DNA from: Vicugna vicugna | Lineage: Eukaryota | Assembly: GCA_013265495.1 (NCBI GenBank) | Contig: MU058636.1 | Coordinates: 1,488,001 to 1,552,000 of the forward strand | Direction: 5' to 3' | DNA length: 64,000 nucleotides | Shown here: piece by piece, positions 10,346 through 23,652 of the stretch | How positions within the stretch are numbered: position 1 is the first letter of the stretch | Layout: every line of letters starts with the position of its first letter | Made by a program: the position numbers and the translations under genes | The notes under the pieces: model-generated | Told to the model about the DNA's origin: nothing | What the model saw: only the letters and a program-made list of their open reading frames with translations | Databases searched by the model: none

Positions 10346-12001
10346 ATGTCCCTTACGAAATGAGTGCTTCAGTGTAGCTGAGTCTAAAGATACTAAGTGA
10401 AATGTGTGAAGGTACTAAGTGAGAGCTCTTCTCTTGGGCTCTGCTTTGACCTCAGACTGGAATGGGATGTGGCAGCTTTTAAAGAGTCCTTGAGAATCTT
10501 GGGCTCAGCTCCAGTGGTGGTGGACTTTGAAGACCCTTGAATAACAATAGTAGAGGGGGCAACTGGCTCTTTCAGGACCCTTCCTGTACTTATGGCCTCT
10601 GCTTGCTAAGGCACCCTACTGGGTTTGGGGATGTAATAGGACTAAGTCACAAAGCCCCTGTAAACTATCTGATTCCACATGTGCACAGAATGGGACTCAG
10701 AAGTACATAGGGCTTTCCCAATTGTTACTGTTTCTACTCGTAATTTACCAAAAAAAAAAAAAAAGACAAAGCCTAAAATATAAAACTGTAACTCTATGAT
10801 TCAAATCCTGGTAACCGAAACTACATTTTCTACCACAGAGTCATTTCCATGTTAATTTTCATGGTTGGTCCCTGAGTGGCACAGTCGGTCCCTGAGTTTC
10901 CTCACACAATGTCTATATTGATGCTTTGCTCTGATGAAAGATTAAAGGAAATATTCTGTCCCTCTCCTTGCCTGTTAGCTTGCAAAGTCGCCTCCCTCCC
11001 CACTGGTGTGGAGGGAACCTTCCGAAACAGGGAGGCATGTGAGACAAAAAGAGTTGCTCAGCCCAAGGTCACTGAGATTTAGTATATCTGTTCCACGAAG
11101 TCCTCACTCTGTGGGAGATTCCTTTAAAAGTTAGTATCTTGAGGCTGTACCTTCATGATGCTGCAGTGATTGCAACAAATTCCTTTAAGAAGCTAATATG
11201 ATAATCCTGTGTTTATTTTGAAGTTGCTTGGATGTGGCAAAGCCTGGGTGGGGTCAAATACTCAGTATATTCTTCCACAAGGAGTTGTTAATGGATTGGA
11301 GTTAGTTTACATACCCGCCCCTCCCCTTCTGCCATCAGGACAGCTTGGCTAAAACAAAAGGATGGAAGTCTATTTCATGTGAGAGCCCACGCAGTGCCAA
11401 CTGAAACTGAAGCCAGTGAGAGCGTTGCCTTAAATGACAGTGACGTTCTTGTTACAGTGCCATCGAACAGCAGGGGGGATCCCCACTCTCCTGAGGGTAT
11501 GCTTACCAACCTGTCCAAAGGGACGGAGAAAGCGGGGGTGTGCCCTGAGCGTGGGGTGACTCCCAATATGCTCTCAGCCCAGGACTACATGTCTATTATC
11601 ACAACATATGAAAGGTGGAAGCCTTCTTACAGAATCTCTGCTGTGATCCCCAGGCAGAACTGTGATTAATCCATTCTAAACATGTAAACATCCTTACACT
11701 TGAAGGAAGAAAGGAAGGAAGAAAGGGAGAGAGAGAGAGAAAGAAAACTCCAGGCAAGGAGATTCAGCCCTCCATCAGTAGCTCATCTGGAGGTTTTAAA
11801 GGACTGGGGGAAATCTTCCTTTAAGTACCATAAATCCATCACGCAGCTACTTCTGCTGGAACAGCTGGTGACCACATCTGTGTTAAAAGCCTTCCTGCAG
11901 TCTCAAACTATTATTAGATTCAGAATTAACTTCTTTATCATGTGTAAAATTTCCCATAATGTCAGACTCCAGATGAATCATTTCTTTTATCAAAAATGAT
12001 G

Positions 12002-12140
12002 AGGGGGGAGGGTAGAGTTCAAGTGGTAGAGCGAATGCTTAGCATGCACAAGGTCCTGGGTTCAATCCCCAGCACTGCCTCTAAAAATAAAATAAGCAAA
12101 CCTAATTACAATCCGCCACCAAAAATAATAAAACATAAAA
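12002..12140 (+). mobile_element. Camelid Vic-1-type tRNA-Ala-derived SINE
   Basis: GGGGAGGGTAGAGTTCAAGTGGTAGAGCG...CTTAGCATGCACAAGGTCCTGGGTTCAATCCCCAG (A and B boxes), followed by AAACCTAATTAC and an A-rich tail. Confidence 0.9.
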
Positions 12141-14094
12141 AAAAGTTATGGCACCAACTACTAAAATGTGATGGTGGCTGAGACTGAGCAAAACAAATTT
12201 GTCTAAAATGAATGACATGAATTATTTTAAAAAGCTCTCATGTCTGCTAAATGAAAGAATATTTATATATGGAAGGTCCATTTATCTTCTGTGGAAAAGT
12301 CTCTTGTGCAACCGAATGAAGCAGAAAATAGGTTCAGAAGTCCCTTTTGGAAAAACAGAAAGAGCCATATGTTTCCATTTCAAAGGTGTTGAGTTGCTGA
12401 GGTGATCCGCTAACTTTGGTCATTTTAAAACACTGAATGAAAATAATTTCCATTACCATCATAAGACGTCATGCAGAAATACAGAGAGCTAATGTGGGAA
12501 ACCTTATGAAACGTGCACTGTTTCCTACTGTGTAAATCAAAGCAAAGCAGGACGGAATTATTAGTGTTCAACATTTTAAATAAAACCCAATAATGGTTTT
12601 AAACACCCACACGAGACCTTCTGGTTACAAGACTATTTAAGGTAGACAGCACTTACAGCAAATACAATGTTAGTGGTGAAACAAATTTGTGCTGTTTCCC
12701 GGCTTTGAGGGGAATGGAATTAAAAGGAAATTATTCCATCTTAGAAATTTCCTCAGATGTGGAGTTTCGCATGTTTACTGTAGAGGGAAGACTTTCTGCT
12801 GGACGCTGTCGTCCTTGCTTGGCTTCTCTCCCCGTGGAAGTTGCCAGGTTCCACTGCAAAGATTTTAAAGACTGTCTTGCTGACAGCTGGGGACGTATCC
12901 GTGAACTTACCAGAGTGGAATTGAAAGCTCTCAGTTTTAATTCTTTGGGTTTTTTTTTTTTTTTTTGCAACAGTAAATCTACCAATTTTCCAGTCAGTTG
13001 AACACCAATAGATTAATTTGTTGAAAGTCTGCATTCACAAAGAAACCTGAACTTCAGTAGCTTGAATGCCCAAAACTGCACCATGATGGTTGAAGGGTAG
13101 ACACTCTTAGCAGCTTGCTGCAGGCCACTGTCACCTGCTTCTCTGCACAGGTGCTGACCCCGCTGTCCCTCTGGGGCCTCCTGACGGGGGCGCAGGAAGG
13201 CTGGGCCTTTGTGTGCTGCAGAGAACGCTTTTCCAAGCACTGGACCAGTTTTCTCCAGCAGCCACAGGAAGCAGAAGAAAGAAGAGGTTAAGGGCCACCA
13301 CAGGGTCAGAATGGGCTAAATGCTGTTAACATCGGAGGTTATAGCTTTTAACAAGAGCTTCAAGAAAACTTATTTGAAGATGCAACTTGTTTCTTTTTTT
13401 GTCAACTGTTAGTTTTTTTTACCCCATTGGCAGTGACAGCTTAACAGAGTTTTTATGTGCTAGAGGTTTTCATCCTTTAGAGGACAAAAGACTGTGTTCC
13501 TAAAGGGAGGTGCAGGTGGAGGACTTTACGAAGCTTCCATGACTTTCAGATTGGGAGCCTTAAAATAGACTCCCTGCTTGGCTAAATCAAAAATAATCTG
13601 CAAGCGATGTTTTAAAAAAATCCCTATACGGAAGCAAGGACTGCTTCAGTGGTCACATACAGAGGCTCAAATTTCTAGAAGCTTCTTTGTGTATATTTTG
13701 CTTTCAACCATTCTAGTACAGTTTTCCACGTTGCTATTCAAAATACCAGAGAGGCCTCCTCTTAAATGTCCATACATGTATTTCCTTAAATTTCGAGCAT
13801 CCTGCTGGGAAGAACTAGTTGTTTACTGTACTTTATGTAAGCAGAAAGGATGACCACAGATTTCTGTACATGGCCTCTATGCTCTTAGCATTCTGTTAGT
13901 CCACGTTTTCTGTTCAAGGACTAAAATGTTATGGAAATTGATCTTTTAAAGAGAGCCATGTAAACTACAGCCTTTCAAGTGGAAACCCACACCCTTCTAT
14001 ATGTGTGATCACCCAGCACTGATGCTAAGTGTCTCGCATTGTACAAAGGCCTCATGTATAGTTTAGCTGCATTTCTACCATAAATGAGGTTTGA

Positions 14095-14198
14095 TTTTTT
14101 TTAATTAAAAAAATTAAACATAATTTTTAAAGGTTATTTCCATTTACAGTTATTACAAAATATTGGCTGTATTCCCTGTGTTGTACGGTACATCCTTG
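14095..14198 (-). mobile_element. Short L1 3'-end fragment
   Basis: T-rich tail followed by GTTATTACAAAATATTGGCTGTATTCCCTGTGTTGTAC, a typical laurasiatherian L1 3' UTR segment. Confidence 0.65.
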
Positions 14199-14567
14199 AG
14201 GCTGGAGTGTTTCTGAAGGCATTTTAGACTTTTATTTAACTGAGGTTTTAAAATGCGGCACCTGGGGTTCCAGAGCCATGTGTTGTACCTGATGCTCAGC
14301 AGGGTAAATGTAACCTCCACATCCAAGTGCCGGACCAGAATCTGCATTTGATAGCATGACGATTTCAGGTATGGCGAGGACTCATTTAATTATTATTTGG
14401 GAAATAAGATGTTTTCTATAAGAGAGTTTTCCTGATACCTAAGCCTACCTCTTAAATGAACACAAAACTTCTTACCATTTTGAATAAAAGTATTTTATAT
14501 AATGTATTACAAACTCTATTGCTTTCTGAAATATGGTAGGATAAATATTGTTTTCAAGAATGGGAGT

Positions 14568-14691
14568 GTGGGGGGCATATAGCTCAGAGGTAGAGCACGT
14601 GCTTAGCATGCGTGAGGTCCTGGGTTCAATCCCCAGTACTGCCACTAAAAAATAAATAAACAAACCTAATTATACCCCCTACACACACAAA
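14568..14691 (+). mobile_element. Camelid Vic-1-type SINE with 12-bp TSD
   Basis: tRNA-Ala-like head TAGCTCAGAGGTAGAGCACGTGCTTAGCATGCGTGAGGTCCTGGGTTCAATCCCC. TSD AAGAATGGGAGT at 14556-14567 and 14692-14703. Confidence 0.93.
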
Positions 14692-15619
14692 AAGAATGGG
14701 AGTAGCATTACAACTACACATCATCATGCAGTGGTGTATCAGACAGTCACGCTGTACTAAATGCCACAACACTAGGTGGCCCAAACTGTCATGGATTTTT
14801 GAATTTGTGATTCTCCTTTTTGTAGATTTTCTTACTCCTCTCTTGCCATTATACTGCCCACTATTTCTTGTTGCTATAAGTTTTCACCTAGCTTTAATAG
14901 TTCGTTCTGTCTCCTACAGTTCTGCTCAGGGTCGAGTTCAGTCTCACTCGGCCTAGTGCAGGGGTTGCTTAAGGGGACCTGCAGCTCTCCATCCCACCTT
15001 ATGTCGAGTCAGCCTATACACCGCGCCCGGGGTAACCTTGCTTGAGTAAAGCTCCTTTCGCACCACTGCCTTGCTAGAAAAACTGCTGGTAACCTTCCAC
15101 GGCCTGCTCGCCAAAATAGATGGTGATTCTCCACTGCAGCCTTTGTCGTCCTCTGTCATGATCTCTAGTCTATTGTGGTTGACAAGTCAGTCAATCCACC
15201 TGCTCTGCCCAGGCCCCTCCCTTTCTCAGTCTCTGCTCCTGGATATGATCCCGGAGAGGGGAGCCTTACAGACCAAAAGTCCTGCCCCCATGCCCTCTCC
15301 TGTTCACAGCTGATTTGGATCAGGAGCCTGACCTGCAGGAAACCTTCAGTCCACATGCTGTGACAGCTTGCAAAGTCAAACTGGGAGAACCGCTGGATGT
15401 CAAAGGGCACCTGGGACAGAGATACTAGTTGGATATCCATCACATCCATTCTCTTCCATCCCACGTTTTAGCTGAGCACATAGCTGCCCAGAATAAAGAC
15501 AGTATGTGCAGCCTTCCTTACAGATAGGTGGGGCCAGGTGACCATGTTCTGGCCGACAGAGTATATGTGTGCATGGGTGTGAGTATATATGTATGTTTCT
15601 AGACATATACATACATATT

Positions 15620-15742
15620 TATTCCCTGTAAGTCCTGGGGAAGTCCTAGTTTATGCCTGTTATTCTGGTATAATTATTAATAGCATCCTTTTTAACTCTC
15701 ACAAGGGCTCCAGTTAAGGTGGCATGTTACATGGTCACCCTA
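15620..15742. mobile_element. MER94-like hAT-Blackjack MITE, next to an MLT1-type fragment at ~15470-15570
   Basis: GTCCTAGTTTATGCCTGTTATTCTGGTATAATTATTAATAGCA...ATGGTCACCCTA terminus. Confidence 0.7.
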
Positions 15743-16659
15743 AATAAGCAGATGTGTGCAGCTTCCAGAAAGTTTTCTCAGAAGGAGAACATGCTCTTCT
15801 CCGCTTCCTCCTTTCTGCTAGGCTCAGAGGTGCCCATGACAGCTGGAGCCTGCTTGGCCTCCCGGAACAGGAGGGCTCGGGGACTGGAAAGTGCCCATTG
15901 AAGACAGGGGAGCTGGGGTCCTGACATGGGCGCATGGTGCTGCGGGATCCCTGACAGTAAGAGAAACGAGCTTTCATACTGTGGCTGAATCTGCTCTTAA
16001 CCAGCTCGGTGCTTTGTTTCATGGTCCAAGCCAATGCCACGTGCTGGAGTTCTTCCGGGAGGAGTCGGTCTGCAGAGAGAAGTCCGACGGGGAAATAGAC
16101 AAGCACTGAGGTGAGCCTGGGGAGCCCTGGGAGGAAGAGGGTAGGAGCCTTCATTTCTACCTTTCTGACTCTGATCCCCTGGCGTCCAGTGGGCCTCACT
16201 TCCTGTCTTCAGATGACTCTTAGGTGAACTTTCTTATGGTAACTCTCTGTTGATTAAAACCAGACACCTTCACAGCTTTAACTCTCTCCTCCCACCTCTG
16301 CTGAGCAGCTGGATGCCTTTGCTGTGTCCTAACTGTGTTTGGGGCTGCCCCAAAGGGTGACAGCTGCTTTCCCAAGCAAAGGTGTTGGCATGGATGGAAG
16401 GACCCAACCGGACTGAGAAACACATCCATTCTGTGAACATGACAGAGTCAGAGAAGAAGACCCAGGGCAGCGGGGATTCTGTGTGGGCAGAGGGGTTCGA
16501 GAGCCCCGTGGCGGACAGCTGGCCGGTGAGAACGGCTGAGGACGGAGAGTGCCGACCTGGAGCAGGTGACAGGTGAGCCAGTTTGTTTCCTTAGAAACTT
16601 TAGAAACACTGTTGCCAGTGAAAGAACCCAGTCTCAAAAGAACACATTGTTTTTCCATT

Positions 16660-16915
16660 TATAAGAAATCTCCCCAAATGGCAAATATATAGAGACAAAA
16701 ATTAGATGATGTTTGCTTAAAACAGGGGGTAGGAATGGGGAATGATTGTAAATAGAAGTTTTTTTCTTCTAGGGCAATAGATGTGTTCTAAAATTAGATT
16801 GTGGTGATGGTTGCACAACTATATATTTGCTAAAACTCATTGAATTGTACACTTAAAATGGGTTGATTTTACAATATGTAAGTTTTATGGTGTATATTGA
16901 TATTATATATCCTTA
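16660..16915 (+). mobile_element. L1MB-type 3' end
   Basis: GTTCTAAAATTAGATTGTGGTGATGGTTGCACAAC...GAATTGTACACTTAAAATGGG. Confidence 0.8.
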
Positions 16916-18494
16916 AGGCTCTTTTTTAAAAGCCAAAAGAAACATTATTTTAATAATAAAGTAATTACAGTGCTTCTAGAAAAATCTTACTATATAAGAT
17001 TTTTTCATTTTACCAAATTTTTATTTCTAGTATTGCATATATTTTAATCTCAATGACCTGTGAAATGCTCATTGGGATATTAAATACAAGCTGTACTTTT
17101 ATTTTCCTAAAATTATTGTTATGCAAAAAAGCAGCTTGTATTTATTTCAATTTATGTGGTATTTGATAAGAATGTATTTATTTTTCCAGTGAGTCAATAT
17201 TCTGTGGAACTGAAGGTGCTCAGATTTTATACTTTTGTCTTAGCCATTACAACATATAGTTATAGCAGAATTTTCATGAAGTTTACATTTAAAAACTATC
17301 ATAACTTTAGAGCATCATTTGTTTACTGCTGACAGAGTATCATGTAAAATGAAAGTAAAAATGACAGCTAAATTTTGCATTAGGTTTTGAATCTGTTTCA
17401 GTGGGTGATATTTTATAAACCTATATAAACATTAATGCTTATTATTCCACAAGAATATAGATTTCTTGTTTTATCAACAGTTGTCTAACGTATTCTCACG
17501 AGGGGAGGCTGGACCAGAGCTGACCCTTCATACTCAACGTGTTTGAGTGTCCAGGATGCTCTGTAAAAGCTGGATCCAGAAGTTAGTCCTACAGAATTTC
17601 CATTCTGTCGTCAGACTCTTTAGGGAAAGTCTTGTCTTGCTGGCTGGAGGGTTTCCCTCCCGGTGTCACTGTTGAATTATTCTCATGTGCCCTGAAGATG
17701 CTGTGCTGATTGGGAGTCAGGCTTCTGAGGACAGGAACTCAGCAGTTTGGTCAGTTATGTCCCTAACTCCATGACAAACAACTCGTGGGCTTCCTGAGGG
17801 GGGCAGCACACACAACCGTTAGGAACAGCTACACAGAAGAAATCTGTTCAGGACGGAGAGTCTTTGACTGTAGAAAGGATTTGTCAGTCAAGCACCAAGA
17901 GTGAGAAAAAAACAAAGGAAGTACCCGGGGTCAAATAATCGTGGGAATCAACTTCCCAAAGCCCAGCACCTGGAGTTGGTGCGACCCCTGCTCAGACCAG
18001 GAGATGCCCTCGGGACAGCGCTGGCTCAGGCTGCATGGCCCTTCTTGGAAGAGATGCTGTAACTTAGCCCCAGCCCCTGGGAACCCAGCTGTGGGAACAT
18101 ATCGGGAGGGGCGTGAGTGTCAGCACAGTGCGGGGGGGGGGGGACATCCCGCTCCCCGGCTGTCCCGGGCCTGCGTCCCCAGGGGTGTTGGGCTTTTCCT
18201 GCCTTTCACAACAAGTGCTGGGTCCAAGATGCTCTGGGACAATCTTTCCCTGATATTCTTTTTGATGATGGCTCCTCTCTGGTTTTACTGATGGAGAGAT
18301 TCTGTCTTGTTTTTGAGAAAGAGAATTCTGGGTCAGAAAACAGCCTCAACACCTCGGAGTGGTGGTCTGAATTACAGCCTCCTGCAGATCCAACTTGGTC
18401 CCAGCCTGAAGGCAAAATAGCTTCAGTGTTTTATTAATAATGCTGCTATAATATGCGATGTATATACATGTGTGTGTACGTATGTATAGAGTTT

Positions 18495-18720
18495 ACAACG
18501 TGCCAGCCATTCTTCTAAGCATGTTACATCTGTAGACTCATTTAGTTCTCATAAAAAGTCTGTGATTGAGCATTATTGTTCTTATATATTCTTTCATAAA
18601 TAAGGAAGCTGAGACAAGAGTGGTTAAGTAACTTGCCCAAGGTCACACAGCTAGTAAACAACAGAGCTGAGATTAGAATCTAGGAGAGCTGTCTCCAGAG
18701 TTCATGCTCTTAGCTACTGT
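18495..18720 (-). mobile_element. MIR SINE
   Basis: GGTTAAGTAACTTGCCCAAGGTCACACAGCTAGTAA core. Confidence 0.85.
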
Positions 18721-19249
18721 ACTATAAAAGAGAGTTAAGATTATGCTGTGGTATGTTATCTATGTAATAATAACAGTGGCTTTATCATTATCAAATTGAA
18801 TATATACCTAGGTCTTACTTCAAGTGAGTTATAATCCCAGAATTTCCTTCATTTCTCAGACACACTGCCAGGGAGGTGATGCTGAAAATCACCTACTAGA
18901 GAGGAATAGTTATGTTAGTTTCTGCCTTATTCTCAGAATAATTTGTTTTCCGCGTAGGGGACAGAGCTCCACTGTGAGAGTCCGGGGACCTGGGTTTATC
19001 GTCTAGCTCCGTATTTTATGTCCTGTGGTTCCTTGAGCACCTTAACGTTGGCTCTGAGGACCCTCCTCCCTGAAATGGGGTAATATTGAACAGACGTGCA
19101 AGGGTCAAACAGAAGAAACTAAACCATCTCGGAAACTATAAAGCAAAATAGGAAGGCAAGATATTATTAACCTCCTGACCCCAGGTTCCCTCTGAAAGTG
19201 CGCTCATCTCACACAAGTTTCAGACTTCCGCGCTTAAAGTGAAGAGGAG

Positions 19250-19415
19250 CGCTGCTCGGAGGGTGTGGTCTGTGGACTGACAGAGCCAGCATCACCCTGC
19301 GGCTTGTTAGAAACGCCGTTTCAGGGTCCGCTCTCCGACCTACCGATTTAGACACTGATTGTGGGCGCGGAGCCCTGCAGGTGCATTTGATGCGGGCTTA
19401 GCTTTGAGAAGCAGT
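19250..19415. mobile_element. MER5A-like hAT-Charlie element
   Basis: GTGTGGTC...CAGCATCACCCTGCGGCTTGTTAGAAACGC...TTTGAGAAGCA. Confidence 0.65.
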
Positions 19416-19479
19416 TGTGGGGTTCTGTCATTCATTCGTTCAACAAGGACTTACGGAATACCTCTAGAAGGGGCCGGTG

Positions 19480-20600
19480 GCCATGTCGGGAGGCGAGGAC
19501 ACAGATGCTGTCCTCACGGAGAGTAGGTCCTCCTTAATGACCCCCTTCTCATCCTTCAAGACGCTGTTCAAGGCGTCCTGGAGGACCCCGCTGCCCACGG
19601 AGCGGAGTCTGACTCCTGGCAACACGGGCCACGCCTACGTTTTCGGCTGAGCTCCCACACCTTTCCTCCACCTGTCGGCCGACCCGTCCCTCCAAGTTGC
19701 TCCTCCTAGCCGGTCCGTGTTCCGTGTGGTCTCCATGCTTCTGTGCGGGTCGGTGCCTCCCACCCCTCCTCCTCCGCTCATCCTCCCCCGCCCTCCGCGC
19801 TCTAAGTCCCTCTCCGTCCCTCTCCGTCCCCGCCGCATTCCGTGTGTGCCTCCACCAGGCCCCTCTCGGGTCGTATGGAGAGATGTTTATGTCTGGCTTT
19901 CCCCAAACTAGAAGCCTGTATTTTTTATCTTTAGATCTCCAGGGCTTGAGAAAGCACACGGGCGGAGGACGCGAGCCAAGTGAGGGGGGTGGGCCGAGTT
20001 CTCATAAAGCGCCCTGCGCCAACGGTGGACTTTTTCTTTGGAAGGCTTCACCTCTGTCCGTCTGTTGCGCAAACAGGAAGAACTTGTCTTTGGGGTGGAA
20101 GGGACTTTTCAAAGCACGACTCGAAATGATCTGCAAATTTAATTAAACTCAGTAACTTTCTTTCGCACCTACTAGTATCAGGCGCTGTGCCGGATGCACT
20201 GAGCGTCCGCCCTCGGGCAGCTCCTGATCTGGCAGGAAGACACAAGCCCCAGCGTCCCTGATTGAGCAGAGTGGCCACTGCTTTCCTGGGGTTGCAAGAC
20301 TCCAAACAGGCAGTGGGACAGACGAGCAGGGTCAGGAGAGGGCAGCAGGTCTCGAGTGGTGGAGGAAAGCGAGGGCCCCGAATAGAGGCGACTCCCAGTC
20401 CAGGTGGAGGGTCTCCGCCAGGGGGTGGGCGTGGGAAGTAGCTGGACCGGCGCCGCCGGGGTCTGCGCGTCACTGGTTCTGCCCGAGCGCCTGCGGGCAC
20501 ACGCGGGCACCTCCGTCTGTAGGCCAGTTTCAACCCGGCTCCACCAGCTCCTCCTTACCCTCCCGAGGCTGAGGGAGGGCCAGGGACCCTGCTGAGTGTT
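19480..20600. promoter_or_regulatory. Orphan CpG-rich island (intergenic)
   Basis: Locally high CpG density without a recognisable coding exon. Contains an AT-rich core CTGCAAATTTAATTAAAC (~20131-20148). Confidence 0.55.
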
Positions 20601-20939
20601 GGTAATAGTTGTTAACTGTGGTTGATGTCTGCCTGTGGGGTTGCTGGACGGATCTGGGGCATGGAGGCAGGAAAGCCGGCTAAACAGCATTTTTTCCAGA
20701 ACGCGGCTTCAGGAGACTGGTTTGGACAGTGGGCTCTTTTGACTCCTACTTGCTTTGTAAGTGGCTGCAGTGGCTGCTGCTTTCCCCTGGGACAAGGACA
20801 AACTAGAATGAGAGGTTGTGATCTCAGCACTAGAAGGGGGTCCACAACGCATTTCTCCCCGGAGGCCTCCCCTAGGTGTGTTTCCCTATCGGAGGGCAGC
20901 CGCCTGGTGAAGTGGAGGAGGGCGTGGGCTTTGCCGGTG

Positions 20940-21125
20940 GGTGAAACTGGGCTTAGACCCTGACCTCGCCTTTTGTGTGCTATCACCTTGGGTGGGTAGC
21001 TGACCTCCTCTGCAAAATGAGGCTAATGATTTCAGTGTGTCGCTGGAATACCTCCTGTGTATTAGATGCAGCAGCATCACTGCTATCACTGCTTTGCGAT
21101 AAAATGTACATGAAGTGCTCTAGGA
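20940..21125 (+). mobile_element. MIR SINE
   Basis: Degenerate core CACCTTGGG...CTCCTCTGCAAAATGAGGCTAAT...ATGTACATGAAGTGCTCT. Confidence 0.6.
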
Positions 21126-22184
21126 TGGGCAGGACCAGGGTTCCATAAACTGGTGATGATGGAACCCCTACAGCAGAACCATTAACATTGGGTCTGCCCC
21201 ATGGGAAAGGCTTCAGCAAGATGGCAGGAGGTGATGGTGAGGCTGAGAGGGAGATGCATTCACATCTTGTGTCCCTGTCACCACCTCTCCCTAGCTGAAT
21301 GCTGCCGTCTTCCTCTGTAACTTGTCCCCACCATCTTCTCCATACCTGGGGAGAATTTCAGGTCTGTGGCTGGGGAGATTGCTTTTTGATTAGTTGATCA
21401 CTTGGAACCCTCCGGATGACATCCTTAAGCCTTTGCAGACTTCCTAAACAGCAGAGCTGTTGCCGCAGCCTTCTGCTCAGTTTCCTGTTCCTTTTAGAAG
21501 TTTGCAGCTGGGAGCTAGCCATGGCATGCGTGCCATCCTGTTTGTGCTGTTCAGGAGGTGGGAAGTGGGAGGAAACAGTGGGGAGGAGAGAGGGGCGGGG
21601 TTGGGTGAGAAGGTAGAATTATGTTTCCAGAAGCATCGAGGCTCATTTGAAATACTGATTCCTCTGGGGAGGTCACAGCCCAGCCTTTGTGGGGCTTTCA
21701 GAGGGGCTATTTATACATTTTGGTCTCCCTGTCAGAGTTGCTGCCTATATTGGCGACACTCCAGTTCTGCTGAAGTAGGGTTTAAAAAAGAAAGTAGTAA
21801 TTACTAACTTCATACTCAGATGTGGAGGTCGGAACAAACTCAGAACAAAAGCTTTCACAGAAGCATTCTACTCCCACTGCTCTGGGGGGAAGCTGGCATC
21901 CTCCTCATCTCTAGCTAAAGCGGGGTTCTTGGAATAAATAAAATAAGGACTTTCATGCCCTTGAAATCCATCATATTTTGAGTTTTCAGGTCCATGTAAT
22001 GACTTCTATCCCTCACCCTTCACACATTACTGGGAAGAAGATGTAGATTGAAATGTTTGATCTTAAAAGCAGTCTTTCCTTCTCACATTCCTGAGTCCTT
22101 TGCCTTCCTCTCCATGCCTCGCTCAGCAGTTTATTTGTCAGAAACCTAGGGACTTAACATCAGATTCTCAGGATATGCCTGAGA

Positions 22185-22325
22185 ATCTCGGCCAAAGGGG
22201 AGACCCCAAGTGAAACCAGCATAAGAACCATCCAGCTGAGCCCTGATCAACTCTCAGAACCAGAAGAAATAATGAAAGCCTGGTCACCTGAAGCCACTAA
22301 GTTATAGGGTTAGACTAATACTAAG
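22185..22325 (+). mobile_element. MLT1 (ERVL-MaLR) LTR fragment
   Basis: GAGACCCCAAGTGAAACCAGC...CCAGCTGAGCCC...AAGCCACTAAGTT. Confidence 0.65.
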
Positions 22326-23652
22326 GAAGCAGGGGGAAGACAGTGGCCCTGCAGGACAGTGTCACCAATGCACAGTGTTCTTACTGTGTTTCCCTGAGTC
22401 TCACGCACAGCCCTTGGCCACAGCCTGGGTCCAACCCTGAGAACTTGGGGCAGCCCTCCGCCCAGCAGCTGGAATTCCTCCATCATGCTTTAAGGTGACC
22501 ATCCAACTTCAAGGACCAACCAGGAAAATAGAAACATCTCCATGCATTGAAAACAGAGGGAAATAAATATAAGGTATTGGTTTCACTGGTGAGAGGCCAA
22601 TAGGGGACCATGAGGCAACAGAGATGTCAACACCAGCAGGAAGCTGCCAGCACGTCCAGGCTGCAGGGGCAGAGGGATCGGACGGCGGGTGGCCCTGGGG
22701 AGCCAGGCCTTCCCGGTGGACTTGGAGCCGTGGAGGAGCAAGGAAGGTGGGGAAGGGAAGTCCCAGCTTCTCCCTTCCTCCCTCTAGTCTTCCACCAGTG
22801 CCTCCCTCAGGTTAGCGGGGGTGGGAGGAAGGGGCCGGAGGGCAGATGGGCTGCAGACTGGCACGCTGTCCGCACCGTCCGCGCCCTGCCCGACCCCCCC
22901 ATTAGCAGGAGGTACTCGAATCACACCCATCATTTCTTCTAGTCTACCTAACCTGCCAAATGGCCAAGATGGAAACATTAAGTTAGTTTAGGAGGACCTC
23001 CTAGATATCTTTATAAATGAGGCACTGTGGTTTCAGGACGCCCGTCACTCATGGCCCTGGCTTCCAAGTTCTACCCCACCAAGACGGGTTATGGGGCCAG
23101 GGGATCAGAGGATGAGCTTTATAAGAACACAGGTGGTTTGAAAACTAGTCTTCCCCTGAACAGAACAGGGGCTTTCTCCTCCCTTTTGCCAAATCCCAAA
23201 CACCACGTCCCCGCTTAGCAGCAGGTGGTGGGGAGTAGAAGGCAGGTCTGCAACTCAGGAGGGGTGTACGGGGGCAGGAAGCCAGGAGGGAAGGACACTC
23301 CCTGGGACAAACAGATCCGAAGAACCAGAGAGGGAGGCTGGGGCCTGGCCTTGCTTTGAGGGCACAATGGCCTTGCCCTACAGAGTTGAAGCCATGGGTG
23401 TAAAGAGGCCAGGGTCACCAGCTGGAGCATATTGAGCAGGAAACCATGAAACCACCCAGGTCTCTGCCACAAAGGCATCATCTCTAACTGACGTCTTGTT
23501 TACATTTACTTCCAGTTCCTCATATGAACCTATTTTTGATAGATCAATACAATAAAAGTGGTCCTACACATGTACCATTTTATATTCTGCTTTTAAAAGT
23601 AACATCATATCACAAATATTTTTAATCTTTAAATATTCTTTTAAAACATGCA

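Noticed and set aside
12687..13240. Cluster of ORFs on both strands
   Set aside because: They span a poly-T run, lack consistent splice and frame support, and match nothing I recognise. At most this is a lncRNA exon.
14571..14644. tRNA-Ala(AGC)-like gene (also at ~12005, 23745, 24870, 37990, 40730, 49532 and 59925)
   Set aside because: Acceptor stems are imperfect, the heads are followed by SINE tails, and most are flanked by TSDs. These are Vic-1 SINE heads, not functional tRNAs.
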